DNA from: Basidiobolus meristosporus CBS 931.73
Taxonomy: Eukaryota; Fungi; Basidiobolomycota
Length of the DNA stretch: 64,000 nt
Reading direction: 5' to 3'
Assembly: GCA_002104905.1 (NCBI GenBank)
Contig: MCFE01000051.1
Location: 131,979-195,978 of the forward strand
In this document: positions 1 through 12,312 of the stretch, piece by piece
Numbering within the stretch: position 1 is the first letter of the stretch
Layout: the number at the start of each line of letters is the position of its first letter
Notes under the pieces: generated by a model
What the model saw: the letters and a program-made list of their open reading frames with translations, nothing else
What the model was told of the DNA's origin: nothing
Databases searched by the model: none
Made by a program: the position numbers and the translations under genes

Positions 1-884
1 GATTTGAGGTTCGGAAGTCGACTCAACAGAAGTATACCAGAGTTGACCGAAGGGTCGACCACATCTTCTTGAATATCGCCTGGATTCATGTCAATGCTAA
101 ACCCCTCGAAGCTCTCAAGGTGGTGCTGGACTAGCGAATGTGTGATTAACGAGATGGATTTCAACGTCCCATTAATGCGCAGTTTGTTTAATGTGTTCTG
201 CTTCATATGCACAATCAACTTGGCGACTGCTGCGTCATCCACTAGCAATGCGGTAATTCTTAGTTGCACAATATTTGGACAAAGCTCGTGGATTTTCCTG
301 GACACTGAGGATCCAAAAACGCGTTGTCGAATATCCAAGGAGGCGAGGGAAACTAGTGCGGTATCGGAGGTGTTGAGGGTATCAAGTAGGGGGCATTCTA
401 GTAGGGTTAGCTTTTGTAACTGGTGGGGCTTTCTCTTTACCATGAATGTCAGCAATTTCTCTCCTAATTTTCGGTATTTAGCAGCGTCGAATTGGCAAGG
501 CGAGTCCCCGAACCCTTTGGTGGATATTAAGCGAAGTGCTCTTTTTAGCCAGAAAAAGTCGAGCGTGCTTAATAGTTGGTAGTACCCCTGTTTGGAGGAT
601 ACTGCTAAAGAAGGGGGTTGGAGTGAATTATTCCCAACGAATTCTTGACTATCCAACGGTGAAAGGAGGGTTGATAGAAGCAGCGCAATTCGCTTAGGTT
701 GCCCGGAATAACCCCAGTCTTCGTAGGGAAAATAGCGCCATGGGTCTTTATACATGTACTTCACAGCAACCGCGCACCAGCTGCTGTTGACCAGACTGAT
801 ACTGTACAGAGTTTTCATATCATTACAAAGTAATCGTACCAAATTATTTACACATTCCGAAGGTAAATGAGACGTCCGCTTCAT
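1..884 (-). CDS. F-box/LRR-like protein (3' end runs off the window start; absent from the ORF track)
   Basis: Manual translation from ATG at 884 is open to base 1: MKRTSHLPSECVNNLVRLLCNDMKTLYSISLVNSSWCAVAVKYMYKDPW (F-box-type N-terminus), then LRR-like segments (LQKLTLLECP, CPNIVQLRI, LPNLK). Confidence 0.8.
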   Translation of the reverse strand, partial: MKRTSHLPSECVNNLVRLLCNDMKTLYSISLVNSSWCAVAVKYMYKDPWRYFPYEDWGYSGQPKRIALLLSTLLSPLDSQEFVGNNSLQPPSLAVSSKQGYYQLLSTLDFFWLKRALRLISTKGFGDSPCQFDAAKYRKLGEKLLTFMVKRKPHQLQKLTLLECPLLDTLNTSDTALVSLASLDIRQRVFGSSVSRKIHELCPNIVQLRITALLVDDAAVAKLIVHMKQNTLNKLRINGTLKSISLITHSLVQHHLESFEGFSIDMNPGDIQEDVVDPSVNSGILLLSRLPNLK

Positions 885-1495
885 TGGGCTACAAGATATT
901 GGAGAAAAGCAAAAGGTTAAAGGTACCAAGGGACGCTTATTGCATTGAGTGGGGGGGTATGTTCGAAGTTGTTGATTTTGGAAAAGAAAATAGTGTGGAA
1001 ACACCGGACTTTTTTATACGATCAACCTGGATAGCCAATCTCTTTCGAAGTTTCTATTATTGAATGCATGTTGGGACTTGGACTGGAAATGGCAATGGAA
1101 TTAGATTCACTACTCGCTTTTACTTGACGAATTTCACCCGATGATTTGTTCGACGGATTTTTGGAATGGAATGCATTTAGCCATATAAATCTAGGTAATC
1201 GTATCCCGATTAAGAGTGCAGTACCATTCCTCTTGGGTGGTGATACAGCCATGGCCTGGGTTTCAGGCAAACCCCCCGGATGATTCGGGTGATACACCGC
1301 CTCCTACTGGTGACCATCAGGAAAATCATCTGTTTCATCAGGATCTAGTGATCTCCCATAGATGGAATGACCTCACACGCACAATTACTAATGGTTTATT
1401 CAGATGGCTGCGACGCTGATCGTTCAAAGGTTCCATAGGAAAGTTGGGTAAATGTATGCGGACATTGCTTTGAAATAGTACAAATCACATGAAGC

Positions 1496-2173
1496 TCAGA
1501 TCTCATCCTCGAACCACTCATCTTCGGCTTCCGAGTCCATAGGGTATTGCATTCGGAACTTATCGAGATTAAACTTATGGTTGGGCTCCGGTGACTTCGC
1601 CTGCGGCTTCGCCGATTTGGAGAGGATGCCCAGAATTACCTCGCTGAACCAGCCACCTACTGCGCCAAAACATATCCCGGTCACCATGGCTATGGTCAGG
1701 AAGAAGAATACGGGATAAAGCGCGGTGAGCAGGTATTGCATGAGTATCAATGGCCTGAAAACCAACATGGTGAGCAGTAAGCTGGCGGTTTTCACGAACG
1801 GGGAAATAAAGAACGCTATCACTCGGAATATCCGGGAGACTATGGAGCGAATGATGTTGTAGACAAACACTACTGGCGCTAATAGTTGTTGTATGAGGGG
1901 GGTTATCTCCTTTTCGCCTACTCGGTCCGGCGGATATGGTAGGGAAGTGCTGTAAATCGTCACAGTTGCTGTCCTTGCGGTGCTCTCTGCAGGGGATGGA
2001 GGGTGCACGTACTCGATTTCCGTTTTGGATTCTTCGGGGATAGCGGTTTGCACTGAACTTCCTAAAGCGACTGACGAGACTTGAGGAGCGTAATCAAGCA
2101 TAGGCTGCTCAGCGGCTATACAAACGCCCACAACACATAGTATCAGAATATGTATCCATTTTGTTGACACCAT
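1496..2173 (-). CDS. Uncharacterised membrane protein with signal peptide
   Basis: 246-aa ORF; likely start MVSTKWIHILILCVVGVCIAA (ATG at 2173, signal peptide); hydrophobic C-terminal helices (LLLTMLVF..., VFFFLTIAMVTGICFGAVGGW). Confidence 0.7.
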   Translation of the reverse strand: MVSTKWIHILILCVVGVCIAAEQPMLDYAPQVSSVALGSSVQTAIPEESKTEIEYVHPPSPAESTARTATVTIYSTSLPYPPDRVGEKEITPLIQQLLAPVVFVYNIIRSIVSRIFRVIAFFISPFVKTASLLLTMLVFRPLILMQYLLTALYPVFFFLTIAMVTGICFGAVGGWFSEVILGILSKSAKPQAKSPEPNHKFNLDKFRMQYPMDSEAEDEWFEDEI

Positions 2174-2696
2174 GTGGTTGGATGTACGATGAATGTGAAT
2201 TGGAACTCTTCGTAGCCAGAGATTGAGCTTGATCACAACGTCCGTTCAAAACAAAAAAGCGGAGGCGGCTATTGTCGAAATATATGGTTATATGGTGCAC
2301 TTTATGCCCGTATGCCCACAACAAAAAAAGTCAATTCTCAGTCTTACGAATAGACATTCAGCCTCGAGGAAAGTCATCGGTCACCTGAACACTCGAGATC
2401 AGCCATTTAATCAGCCGATTTTGAAAGTAGATAATTTCTCACCAGAGAACAACCATCTGGACTCCATTCAGAACATGTATTGAAATATTTGCCAGATGAG
2501 AAACTCGTCAAATGACAGCGGTGGGTAAGGTACATTGAAAGAAGCCAGAACGTCGACCAAACGTGATTATTACGGATTAGAAAGGAAGGGAATCAAGGCA
2601 GCTTGATGACAAAAAATTACAGCGCTGGGGAGATGTGAATAGTTGGAATAGCAGGCATTCAGCAGGGAATACATCATTACGATCTACACGTCATTT

Positions 2697-5634
2697 TTAC
2701 ACTAATTCAAGAACCTTTATCGTTCCTTGACTATTGGCAGCTAGCATCACATTCGAGTTCTTCTTCCAGCAGACCGAACTTACGAATTGGCTAGGGTCGT
2801 CATCGGTGGACGGCTCCCCGGTGACCGGGTTCGCAGTCTTGAATTTCACGGTGACGACCGGCTGCTTGAGGTTTTTGAAGTAGGTGTACACGGAGTTGTT
2901 CTCGCTCCCGCAGGAAATCCAATCTCCGTTCACCGCCAATCCAACGAAATTCTTTTCGTTCACATGGCCCGAGAAGGTGCGTGTGCAGGACTGGGAGTTG
3001 GTGTTCCACAGCTTGAGGGTGCTGTCGGTGGAGCTGTGGAGAGAGCTAGGTTAGAGCAAGCATCCTGTCTGAACGATGGGAAACACACGTACGCAGATAT
3101 GACTTCATTCATTCCCATGAACTTGACGTACGAAACCGCCTTGCGATGTCCCTTAAATACCATCAACGGCTCCCGCTTGTTACGTATGTCGTAATAGTGA
3201 ATGTGGTGATCTGCGGATAGCAGGTGTAAGAAGCCACGTCGTCAATGGGGGGGGGAATAATTAGCACGATGTCTTACCGGCGCTGCCAAAAGCAATGTGA
3301 TAGCTGGATTCCGGGTTGAATTTCACGCAACATATGTTGGCCTTGGACTCTATCGTCAGGATGGATTTTTTCTGGTTGGTGGACCATATTTTGACTGGTC
3401 AGGCTGGGTTAGTGCTGAATCCTGGTTGAGGCGGTGTTGCTTGGGGGTTTACCTTTAGTGTCGTCACTGCCACTAGCGAGCCGAGTGGGATCGGTCTTTG
3501 AAAAATCGACGCTCCAAGCTCGCTTTTCGTGCTCATCAAAAATCCTCGTTTGCGTGCCAGTGTTCACGTCCCAAAGCATCACTATTCCTTCGTAGTCGGA
3601 GCTAACAATTTGTGACTTGATATATGGGTTCCATGAGAGACAGCTGCGAGTGAGGTTGTGGCTTTAGCCAAGCTGTGGTTTTACCTAACATCAAGGGAAA
3701 CGTCACGAACCTGATCTTGCTTCGACAGACCATCTCACGGATGGGATAGTGCATCACCGTATTGCCACCGTCATCCCTGCCCCAATCGATTGTGTCCGTG
3801 GTGCAGCCGGCCACGCCGGAGGCCAGGTTCCCAAATTCGAAGATCTTGATCTTCTTGGTGACTCCGGCGGTAGCAAAGTACTCGTCATCACGATCGAATT
3901 CGATGCTGGAGACTATCGAGGAAGTGTTGAAAATATCGCCATATCGTAGCGTCGATAGCTCGCGGAAGCTAGAGTAGCGTGTAAATTTACTCAGGGTAGA
4001 TGTGAACTGAGTCAATGAGTGTGGAGAGCCGTTATCTATGAAAGGCGACGATTAGAGCACTGCGCGTCCGATAGGGCTATAGCGGACTTGCTTTACCTTC
4101 GAATCGGTGTCCGAAGTAACACTCTTGCAAGTCGTCAAAATGCTCAGAAACCCGCTTTTTCTGAAGGGCCGGAAACTTGACCATAGGGGACTTTCCATCT
4201 TGGGCGTTCGACATACTGCAAGCGGCAGGAGAAGAGTTAGAATGGAGTCGGGAGCATGGGTTGCGCGCATGAAGTGGAGTACCTTTCAATCAACTCAGAT
4301 ACGGCAGCGGCCGAGAGCGTTTCTACGTTCTGGTAGATATGATGGTTAGCGATGGAGGGGAACGTGGCCAAACTCCACTTCCATACCTTGTAACTTCTCT
4401 TCTTTGGCTCAAGTACAGCATCCTTGTCTTCAGCTTTAATGATCGGAACCTGGGCTCCTTCATTTGCGTCGCCCAGGGTTTCCTGCAAGTTCACCAACGT
4501 TGATATTTCATTCCTAGCAAAGCCGATGTCGTCGTTGATGAATTGGAGTTCCTTCTGTAATCGTGACAACGACTAGCCACAAAATCAAAGGAGGATTACT
4601 ATTGTGCTCTGGCCTTGAGGTTAGTGTTGGTGGGCATGCGTGTACCTCTTCTTTGCGCGATTTGGCTTTCTGAAGGAAGTCCAGTAGAACCTCGTACTCG
4701 ACTCGCCTCTTCTGAGACTCCAGCTGTCTCTTTTTATCGACGAGCGTGGTCATCAGCTGGTTCAAATCTGGAGCAAGATGGTTAAGGATCGCCGAGCTTC
4801 GATTACTGGGGAATGACCAAGAAACGAACCTTCGACCCCCCACTCATTATCATTCATGATTGAATGCTTCAGATGGTCAAGGGGAGAGTTTGCGCTTTGG
4901 GCAGCGGCCCCCGCGGTCTTTTCTAAGAAACGGTTGACTAAAATAAACCAGAAGTTCAGACCCATGCCTTTGTTGGGGCTTCAACACTGAATAGAGAGTA
5001 CGTAGGAAATTCGGGTAGATCTGGTCTCGATTCAGAGGCTGCTTGCAAGTGGGGCAGTCGCTTTTGTGCTCTAAATGCTCGACTATACAGAGATAGCTAA
5101 CAGACCAACATCAGTACGGGCTTGCTACGTTTTAGAAACCAAGAAGATGTACCAAAATGAATGACCACAACGAGTCATAAACGCCTCCTTGATAACCTGT
5201 AGACATATGGGGCTATGGGCAGATTAATACTTGTGTGCTGGTTGTGGAAGCGCAGGGACTCACCACAGGAAATCGTTGTCCTTTGCAATTTTATCTATCT
5301 CGAATTTCGCCATTCTTGCTGCGATGTTGTAGGCGGATTCACTGGGAGGAGCGTTGGAATTCTCTTGGTTGGCTGGATTAAGAGAGGAATCGGCCTTTTG
5401 TTTGGAGGAGCTCTCGGGCTTGGGAGCCAGGCGGGATCTTTTGTTAGGTCTATCAAACCCGTTTAAGGGCACAAAATTCATGGAAGTAGATAGGGGCTGT
5501 GGCTCACTCCAGTGCTGTACTCTAGGTTGTTGTGGAGGTTGTTGTCTTGAGGAACTTCCCGAAGCTCTGGATGCTGAAGGGGAACTGCTTTGAACATTCT
5601 CAGTTTGCTTTGGCGAGTTGGGCACAGAGGACAT
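2697..5634 (-). CDS. COP1: COP1/RFWD2 E3 ubiquitin ligase (RING + coiled coil + WD40), multi-exon
   Basis: Spliced [42 protein letters not shown]...YPNFL across GT-AG introns near 5150-5260. Coiled coil [13 protein letters not shown]; WD40 [29 protein letters not shown]; C-terminus [13 protein letters not shown] matches animal/plant COP1. Confidence 0.93.
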
Positions 5635-6000
5635 ATCGAGGGCAGCTCTTGATTAAGAACAGGAATGTATTATCCGATGAGCCTGTGAGAAAGTTGAGCA
5701 AATGGCGAGGAGAAAACTCTCGTTGAACAAAGATATCTCTGACAAGTAGGAGTTGTTGCAAAAATCTGCACAGCCAGAGGAACAAGGGAGTACGTATCCA
5801 AAACTGTCAGTGCTTCTAAAACGGCAAAGTCACTATGTAAACAGTCAAAAAGGGTTGAGCGGGTTCTATCCCTCACAATGATGAATTTTTTGAAATTGAA
5901 GTAAATTGAGGTAAATTGAGGCATATTGTCACATCGATTTGTATTCTTTATCCCTCCCCCCATTCGTAAGTAGGAGGGGTGACAGGGGGAGAATGTTCTC

Positions 6001-6098
6001 TTAGGGAGTGGCTCTAGCTGACCTTTTTTTGCAATCATGGAATTGATTCCAAACCCTAAGTACAAGTGAGATGATTGCCACCGCAGCCCTAACCCTAA
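6001..6098. promoter_or_regulatory. Cluster of telomere-like TTAGGG/CCCTAA motifs in the divergent COP1-RBR promoter
   Basis: TTAGGG at 6001-6006, AAACCCTAA at 6051-6059, CCCTAACCCTAA at 6087-6098. Confidence 0.35.
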
Positions 6099-6394
6099 CT
6101 AGTGCTATACGCGCAGCGCGGCCTTTTCGGGATGTCGTTATCGAATGTCAATATTGAGGAATTAATAATAAATAAATTCATTGCCGTTCGATTGCCGCTC
6201 GATCGCTGAATAATCAGATGTTGGGAATGCTTGATCAGACAATCCTGTTGATAGTTCAAATGTGAAAGAATTTGGTTAGTGGCTCCGCAGCATGGCCGAC
6301 TTGATAAAAGGATGGGCCCTGCCACTCGAGGTGGAGGTGTTTTCGACCGTCCTAGAAGAGTGACCGGTAGCCTCCATTGCTCCTAGTAAACGTT

Positions 6395-7915
6395 ATGACC
6401 AATGACGAGCAAGATGATAATTACTATCTGAGGGAAGAGGAAGTGTTGGCGGTAGAAGTAAGTCCAGACAGTCTGCTCCTAGCAAATGCAATTTTCTGAT
6501 CTCTAATGGAACCGACCTTCCACCTCAGTCCATTTACGAAACTGCTTTCTCTTACAACAAATCGCCAGAAGGCATATATTCCGGAAGTCTCTCCATCAAT
6601 GTAGAGGTAGACTGCCCAGTTGAGCTGAAAATAGCCGGGGAAGAGCAGCTAAGCCTGCAATATCTGACCCCAGTTTCGCTTAATTTCACCTTACCTAAAG
6701 AGTACCCTGAGGCTCAACCCGAGTATAATCTATCCTGCCTGTGGTTAACGAAGGAGCAGCTGAATACTGTGAGCGAACAGCTGGACAATATCTGGGAAAT
6801 GGAGCGCAGTGTGGTTAGTTTATTCTTGGTGGATTTCCTGGAAAACAGCACGGTTGTACTCATCCCGAGCGTTGCCTGCACAGATCTTGTTCACCTTTGC
6901 CGATTACATACAACATAATTTGTTGGGCCTACTCGACATTCAATTCCCGCTATTTTTGGAAGCAGGTGAGCACTTGAAAACGATCCAACCTATGGGCGCA
7001 CTGTGGGAACTAACCGATAATGTGCTATCACCAGAGACCGGTCGAGCGGTGGCCGAGCAGCTCATCCGGTACGACCAGGAAAGACGAAACAAGGATTTCT
7101 TTCACGGATATTACGATTGTAACATCTGTTTCGAGGAGAAAAGAGGAGAATATTGCGTACAGCTAGACCAGTGCAGACACGTATTCTGCCTAAACTGCTT
7201 ACGTGGATACTTCGAGATGCTGATTGAGGAAGGCATGGTCATGACCGTCCGATGCCCGCACCTGGACTGTAGAAAATCACAGCATCGACTGTCCGAAGCC
7301 ACCCTTCGGCGGATCGTGGGCAGCCAGTTCTACGAACGGTACGACAAGCTCTACAACAAACAGCTGCTTGACGCCGACCCGAACGTCATCTGGTGCCCAA
7401 GGTTGGATTGCCAGGCTCCAGTGAGGAAGGAGAGCGAGACGGAAAAGCTGTGCATCTGCACGAAGTGCGGATTTGCCTTCTGTCAGTACTGTAACAAAAC
7501 GTGGCACGGTTCGAAGGTGTTTTGTCAGGTGGAAAATAGCAATAGAGTTGTACAGGAGTATATGGCGGCCACCGAATACGTCAAGGGGATCATGGAGATG
7601 CGCTATGGCAAGAAGCATTTGACCAGCCTGATTCGAAATTACCTGGAACATATGGAGACGCAGAAATGGCTACGGTCGAATGCCATGCCTTGCCCAAGCT
7701 GCAACACCAGCATCGAGAAAACCCATGGATGCAATCACATGAAGTGCGTCGTCTGTAGCTCCCATTTCTGCTACCTCTGTGGGTCGATCATCGACAAAGA
7801 CAACCCGTACAAGCACTTCAACGCACAGAATAGTGGCTGCCACATGTTGCTCTTCGAGGGTGTAGAGATCGACGAGCCCTTGGAGCTAGATGATTTTCTG
7901 TTCGAGGAGATGTAA
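6395..7915 (+). CDS. ITT1: RWD-RING-IBR-RING (RBR) E3 ligase, RNF14/ARA54/Itt1 family
   Basis: ATG at 6395; exon 1 MTNDEQ..EEEVLAVE; RWD exon (LPKEYP, WLTKEQL); second intron GTTAGT..CACAG. Then CNICFEE..CRHVFC..C (RING1), WCPRLDC..CTKCGFAFC (IBR) and CPSCNTSIEKTHGCNHMKC..HFCYLC (RING2). Confidence 0.9.
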
Positions 7916-8120
7916 TATGCCAAGACCCCACATTCGATGTATATTAGTCTAATCCAATGGCACTTAATTCACTTCCAGACACCCATTCTATTAAACCCCG
8001 CCATGCTCACAATGAAAGATTTGGTTCAACGAATATTATTGGGACGGCCACAGGAGACATTAGGCCTTGGCATGAGATGAGGACACTGTGTTACGAGTAT
8101 ATTGAGGGTTGACGATCTAT

Positions 8121-8759
8121 CTACATGAACAGCATCGGTAGATTTCCCACACCAGAGGCAACGCTGGTAACCATGACCGAGTTCTCGATTGCCATTTGAT
8201 CCTTCTCGAGGGATGTGGCCAGCCTTTTCCGTATCTCATGGAAGGTGAGGCCCTCCCACTCTGCTTTCTGGAGCACCCGGAAGCCGGTCGTAATTAGGAG
8301 GGAGATCAGGGCCGAGGTGACGTTGGGCTTGCCCTTGGGGAGGTAGACATGAGCGGAGCCAATGCTCATGCCGTAGGTAGGACTGATCATCGCTATGGTG
8401 ACTCCCTTGTTGGAGTAACAACGGAGCACGTCGTCCGTCTCCAGGACCCAGGTGTAGTAATTGGATTCGTACGAGAACGAGGCTCGGAACTTCCGAGGCT
8501 CCCAGTTGAGCTTGACGTTGGCGTATTGAAAGTGCTCGCTGGACAGATGGAAGCTCACGCCGTTGATTTGTGCTGTACATTGCCATAGTTGGTCCCGGCC
8601 GTTCTCGGCGTAAAGGACATCCTGGTCCTGTGAAAGACTCTGAAACTTGCAAAGTATCGAGTCGTCGCTAGTTCGACGAACGTCATACACGTTACGGAAC
8701 AACCGCTTGGTAACTACAAGCTCTTCCAAGCCCATGGCCATGGCAGCGATATACAGCAT
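8121..8759 (-). CDS. Hypothetical protein (possible LURP1/Tubby-C-like beta fold)
   Basis: 212-aa single-exon ORF with GC3-rich codon usage like the neighbouring genes; the fold assignment is only a visual impression. Confidence 0.6.
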   Translation of the reverse strand: MLYIAAMAMGLEELVVTKRLFRNVYDVRRTSDDSILCKFQSLSQDQDVLYAENGRDQLWQCTAQINGVSFHLSSEHFQYANVKLNWEPRKFRASFSYESNYYTWVLETDDVLRCYSNKGVTIAMISPTYGMSIGSAHVYLPKGKPNVTSALISLLITTGFRVLQKAEWEGLTFHEIRKRLATSLEKDQMAIENSVMVTSVASGVGNLPMLFM

Positions 8760-9566
8760 CTCGAAGGGAGGTTAAAAGCGCAGTAAAGCCAGCGTTACTC
8801 GTTAATTAGATTAGCTAAAAGGAGGGGGTCTAAAAGTACAAAGAGGGCCGCGCGAGGAGTGGTATTAAAGGATAGAGTGAAATAGAAGTCCACCGCTGGC
8901 ACTGCGAATGTGTATAAATAGGAAATCAGCGGATCACAGTATGGCCGTGGCTTAAGCTCGCCGAAGGGACATGTTACATGCGAAGCTATTAATGTAACAT
9001 CACAAGCGGAATATGAGTCCAATTCTATCCACATTAGAGCACTACATCCACGGAGCCAATACTTCACCAGCTTAGCATATTTATTATTGCTGTGTAGCAT
9101 TAACAGGAAAAACTCGACCCAAATTTTCCGTCACATGTCGTACAAGGTAAATACGTGCTACCTCAAACAAGCTACAAACCGGTTTCTGGAGAATAAGCAC
9201 CAACGCATATTGATTGAGTGATGAGCGTATATATGCCTCGAAATTGGTGGGTAAATGCGCATTTGTAGCCAGCGTGGAGGCAGGGGAGTACCATATGCTC
9301 ATTAGCCATCTTGGGTTAGCAACATGCTTGTTCAACTATGATCTAATGCGAATGGCACGGAGACGAGTGGTAGCCGCTATCGTTCCACTGGGTTGTATGC
9401 CTCACCAGTCGTGGTAAACAAGCCAGGAAATCCAGCGCTGGTTAGCATGAACCAACCACCTACGTAGGATCGAGGATGCAAGACTCGTGTAACTTGTCTG
9501 ACAGCGTATCATATGATCCATTGGTTATATTGGGCAATGTTAATTGATGAGGATAATGCAACATGA

Positions 9567-10500
9567 TTGCAGCTTGTTCTCCAACACGATCCTGTAACGA
9601 GCCTTTCCATCGCGGACTCGCTGAAGGTCTTCGTTGACCTTGTGCATGATGAGTTTCTCAATCATGGGACGGATATTGTGCTTGGTGGAGAATTCCAGGG
9701 TGGCCCTCTGGTCCGCGATGGAGCCAATGATACTGCCGGCGAGGATGAGGTTTTTGGGAATCAAACTCAGGGGCTGAACTTGACGTCGTCGGGAAGCGCG
9801 AGCAGGATGATCTTTTCGAATGCGTCCAACAGGTTGGAGTACTTGTCGTATGGTGCGTCGGAGGTGAAGAACAGGCAGTCTAGGGAGTGGGCTGCTTTGC
9901 TCGCATCCTTGACACCCCTCAAAACAAAGTGGGTGGCACCGGGTCTCTTCGCCTTTTCCTTCCTGTTGGTTGAGGTGGAGATGGCGGTTACCTCGGCACC
10001 CAGAGCCTTGACATATTGAAGGACAAGATGGCCAGCCTTCACACCATGCCTTCTCATGGGCGCGAACACTGTAACACCGGTACGAAGGGCGGGGCAACCT
10101 CTGCAGACTCGGGGATTTTAAACGCATTGTGGGAAAGCACACGGATGCTCTTGGTCTATCCACCGCGTTTGGGTTGTTCTGGAAATGGGAACTCGGTTAT
10201 TCGGGTCAACAAGGGCTGTATTGTCGTGATTGGCATGGAGTATTTCTTCAATTAGATCAAGCACATGGAATTGTCAAGAACGATAAGATGAAAAATAGCC
10301 CAGATATCTTGTCACCAAACTGGAGCCAGTACAGTGCATCCATTGATCAAATACAGAGGCTGGAATGGGGATCAGGATCAGTCCGTGCCACGCCTACCCG
10401 CAACTTGCTGTGGTGACCAAGGTGCAGTCGATTTGTACCTGTTGTTGGTGGCCGACTGTACCAAAATCGCACATGAAACGCCAAAACAATGGGAATATCA
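9567..10500 (-). pseudogene. NADP-dependent zinc alcohol dehydrogenase (CAD/Adh6-type) pseudogene
   Basis: Fragments in different frames: AFKIPESAEVAP, FAPMRRHGVKAG|HLVLQYVKALGAEVTAISTS, LAGSIIGS..LEF..KHNIRPMIE, RVRDGKARYRIVLEN. Frameshifts and stops are present and the GxGxxG segment is missing. Confidence 0.85.
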
Positions 10501-10692
10501 TCCTCTGACCTCGGTGTAACGAAGACTGCTTGGCCGATCGGAGACTAAGTTACATCGATGTCCAATCCCAGGATTTATTAAGCCGGTGTTACCAACAGCA
10601 CGCTCAAGTCTCTTCTATATCGAATCCGCTGCGTATTCCCTTTGATTTCATATCGAGAGGAGAGCCATTGTTAGTACAAATCACATTCACCA

Positions 10693-11895
10693 ATGGAGAG
10701 CTCCATGTTCATTCTATTGCTTTGGAGCATCAGCTCGGTCCTTGGAAACCAGACCCACCCACCCCAATCCACATCTCTGCCGACACTACCTTCCGGCTCC
10801 TTGCCCATTGGTGTCCTGGCTCCTCTGAACCCCGTAGCCATCAAGCAGATTGACTTCTCCCAGGTTCCCAACATCCCGGTCAAGGTCCCGGGTGCCGGGA
10901 CATGTCCTGGGGTATGCCAGCCAGATGGCTGCGAGAACTGTTGGGAATCATGTGGGGTCTGCAAGAGACAGACTGATATCTGGTCTTGTCCAATACCCAA
11001 CAACCTGGGACTTACCTTTGACGACGGCCCAGGGTGAGTGAGAGGGTTTGCGAAGTATCCTGTGCAATTGGAGCTAAACGATCATTTCACTTCCTCTAGA
11101 TCTGACACACCCAAGCTTTTGGATATTTTAGCCGCCGAAGGGGTCAAAGCGACCTTCTGCGTCATTGGCGTGCTCCTGCAAAGCCCCACCCACGCGGAGA
11201 CGATGCGTAGGATCTACAAAGAGGGACACACGATCTGCTCCCATACCTGGTCACATCCTCACCTGATGTCGCTAACGAACGAGCAGATCGTCTCCGAATT
11301 GAAAGCTACCGAGGATATCATTGTCAAGACGATCGGCGTGAAGCCAAGATACCTCCGACCACCCTGTAAGAGCAACATGATCCCTGCAATGTACGTCTGA
11401 AATAACTCACCCCATCTGTTTACCTAGTCGGTGAAGTGGACGACCGAGTCCGTGCGATAGCGGAGGCCATGGGCTACAAAATACTGATGTGGAATCTGTA
11501 AGTCACTTTACGCTACCCCATTCCATTTGAACCAAACCAACCAAATGTCTAGAGACACGCTGGATTGGAAGTTCTGGCAGACCAATGCTAGCGCCATCGG
11601 TGATTCAGTTCAGCAGAACCTCGCAGCGTTGAGTAACCCGACCCGGAGTTGGGTAACGTTGATGCACGATATCTATTCTGCCTCCGTTTCGCAAGTCCCC
11701 GCCATGATCCACACCGCCAAACAAATGGGCCTGGGCCTCCAGTCGGCTGGCCAATGCCTGGGGGATCCTTGGGTGCCAGTACAAGACGCTGTAAATCGAA
11801 CCCAGACTACCAAGTCATCCAGCTCAAAGATCCTCACATTGCCAAGTTCCATGTACTGGTCAATATTGTTTATCTATGCTGTATACACTCACTAG
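10693..11895 (+). CDS. Secreted, probably GPI-anchored polysaccharide (chitin) deacetylase, CE4/NodB family, 4 exons
   Basis: Signal peptide; TFDDGP, HTWSHP, YLRPP(F)G, DTLDW and LMHD motifs; introns near 11034, 11367 and 11498; Ser/Thr stretch plus hydrophobic C-terminus. Confidence 0.9.
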
Positions 11896-12312
11896 ACTGC
11901 AAGGACCTCCTCGGACATTTCAAAATTCCCCCGAAATCAGCCGCAACTAGCAAGGTGGGCAGAGCTCCCGAAGAGCGAAGCTCTCAACTGCCGCCGGACG
12001 AGTCTCCATCCTGCTTGTTTGTGCGCATGGTGACGACATCCTCGGTGTATACGAGGATCAATAATTTTATTGCAATAAAGCACGATACAAGTAGCATGAC
12101 TATGTGTGGTGTATCTCCGCCGGTTGAATGCGGGGAACAATCATTATGTGTACAGAGGGTGGAGGGGGGGGGTTGTTCAAAGTGAGATTACAAGGAATGC
12201 AAAATTAGAGAAAGGGAATGACGGCGGACAGATCGGGGATTCTCCTCTATGGGAAAGGGAAGGCATGAGTATTTGAGAGTGTGTATCGATCAGGGGAAAG
12301 CCTCGGCCGGGC

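Noticed and set aside
88-582. 164-aa plus-strand ORF
   Set aside because: Antisense shadow of the minus-strand F-box gene.
1022-1419. Short ORFs between the F-box and membrane-protein genes
   Set aside because: Non-ATG starts, no motifs; probably UTR or promoter sequence.
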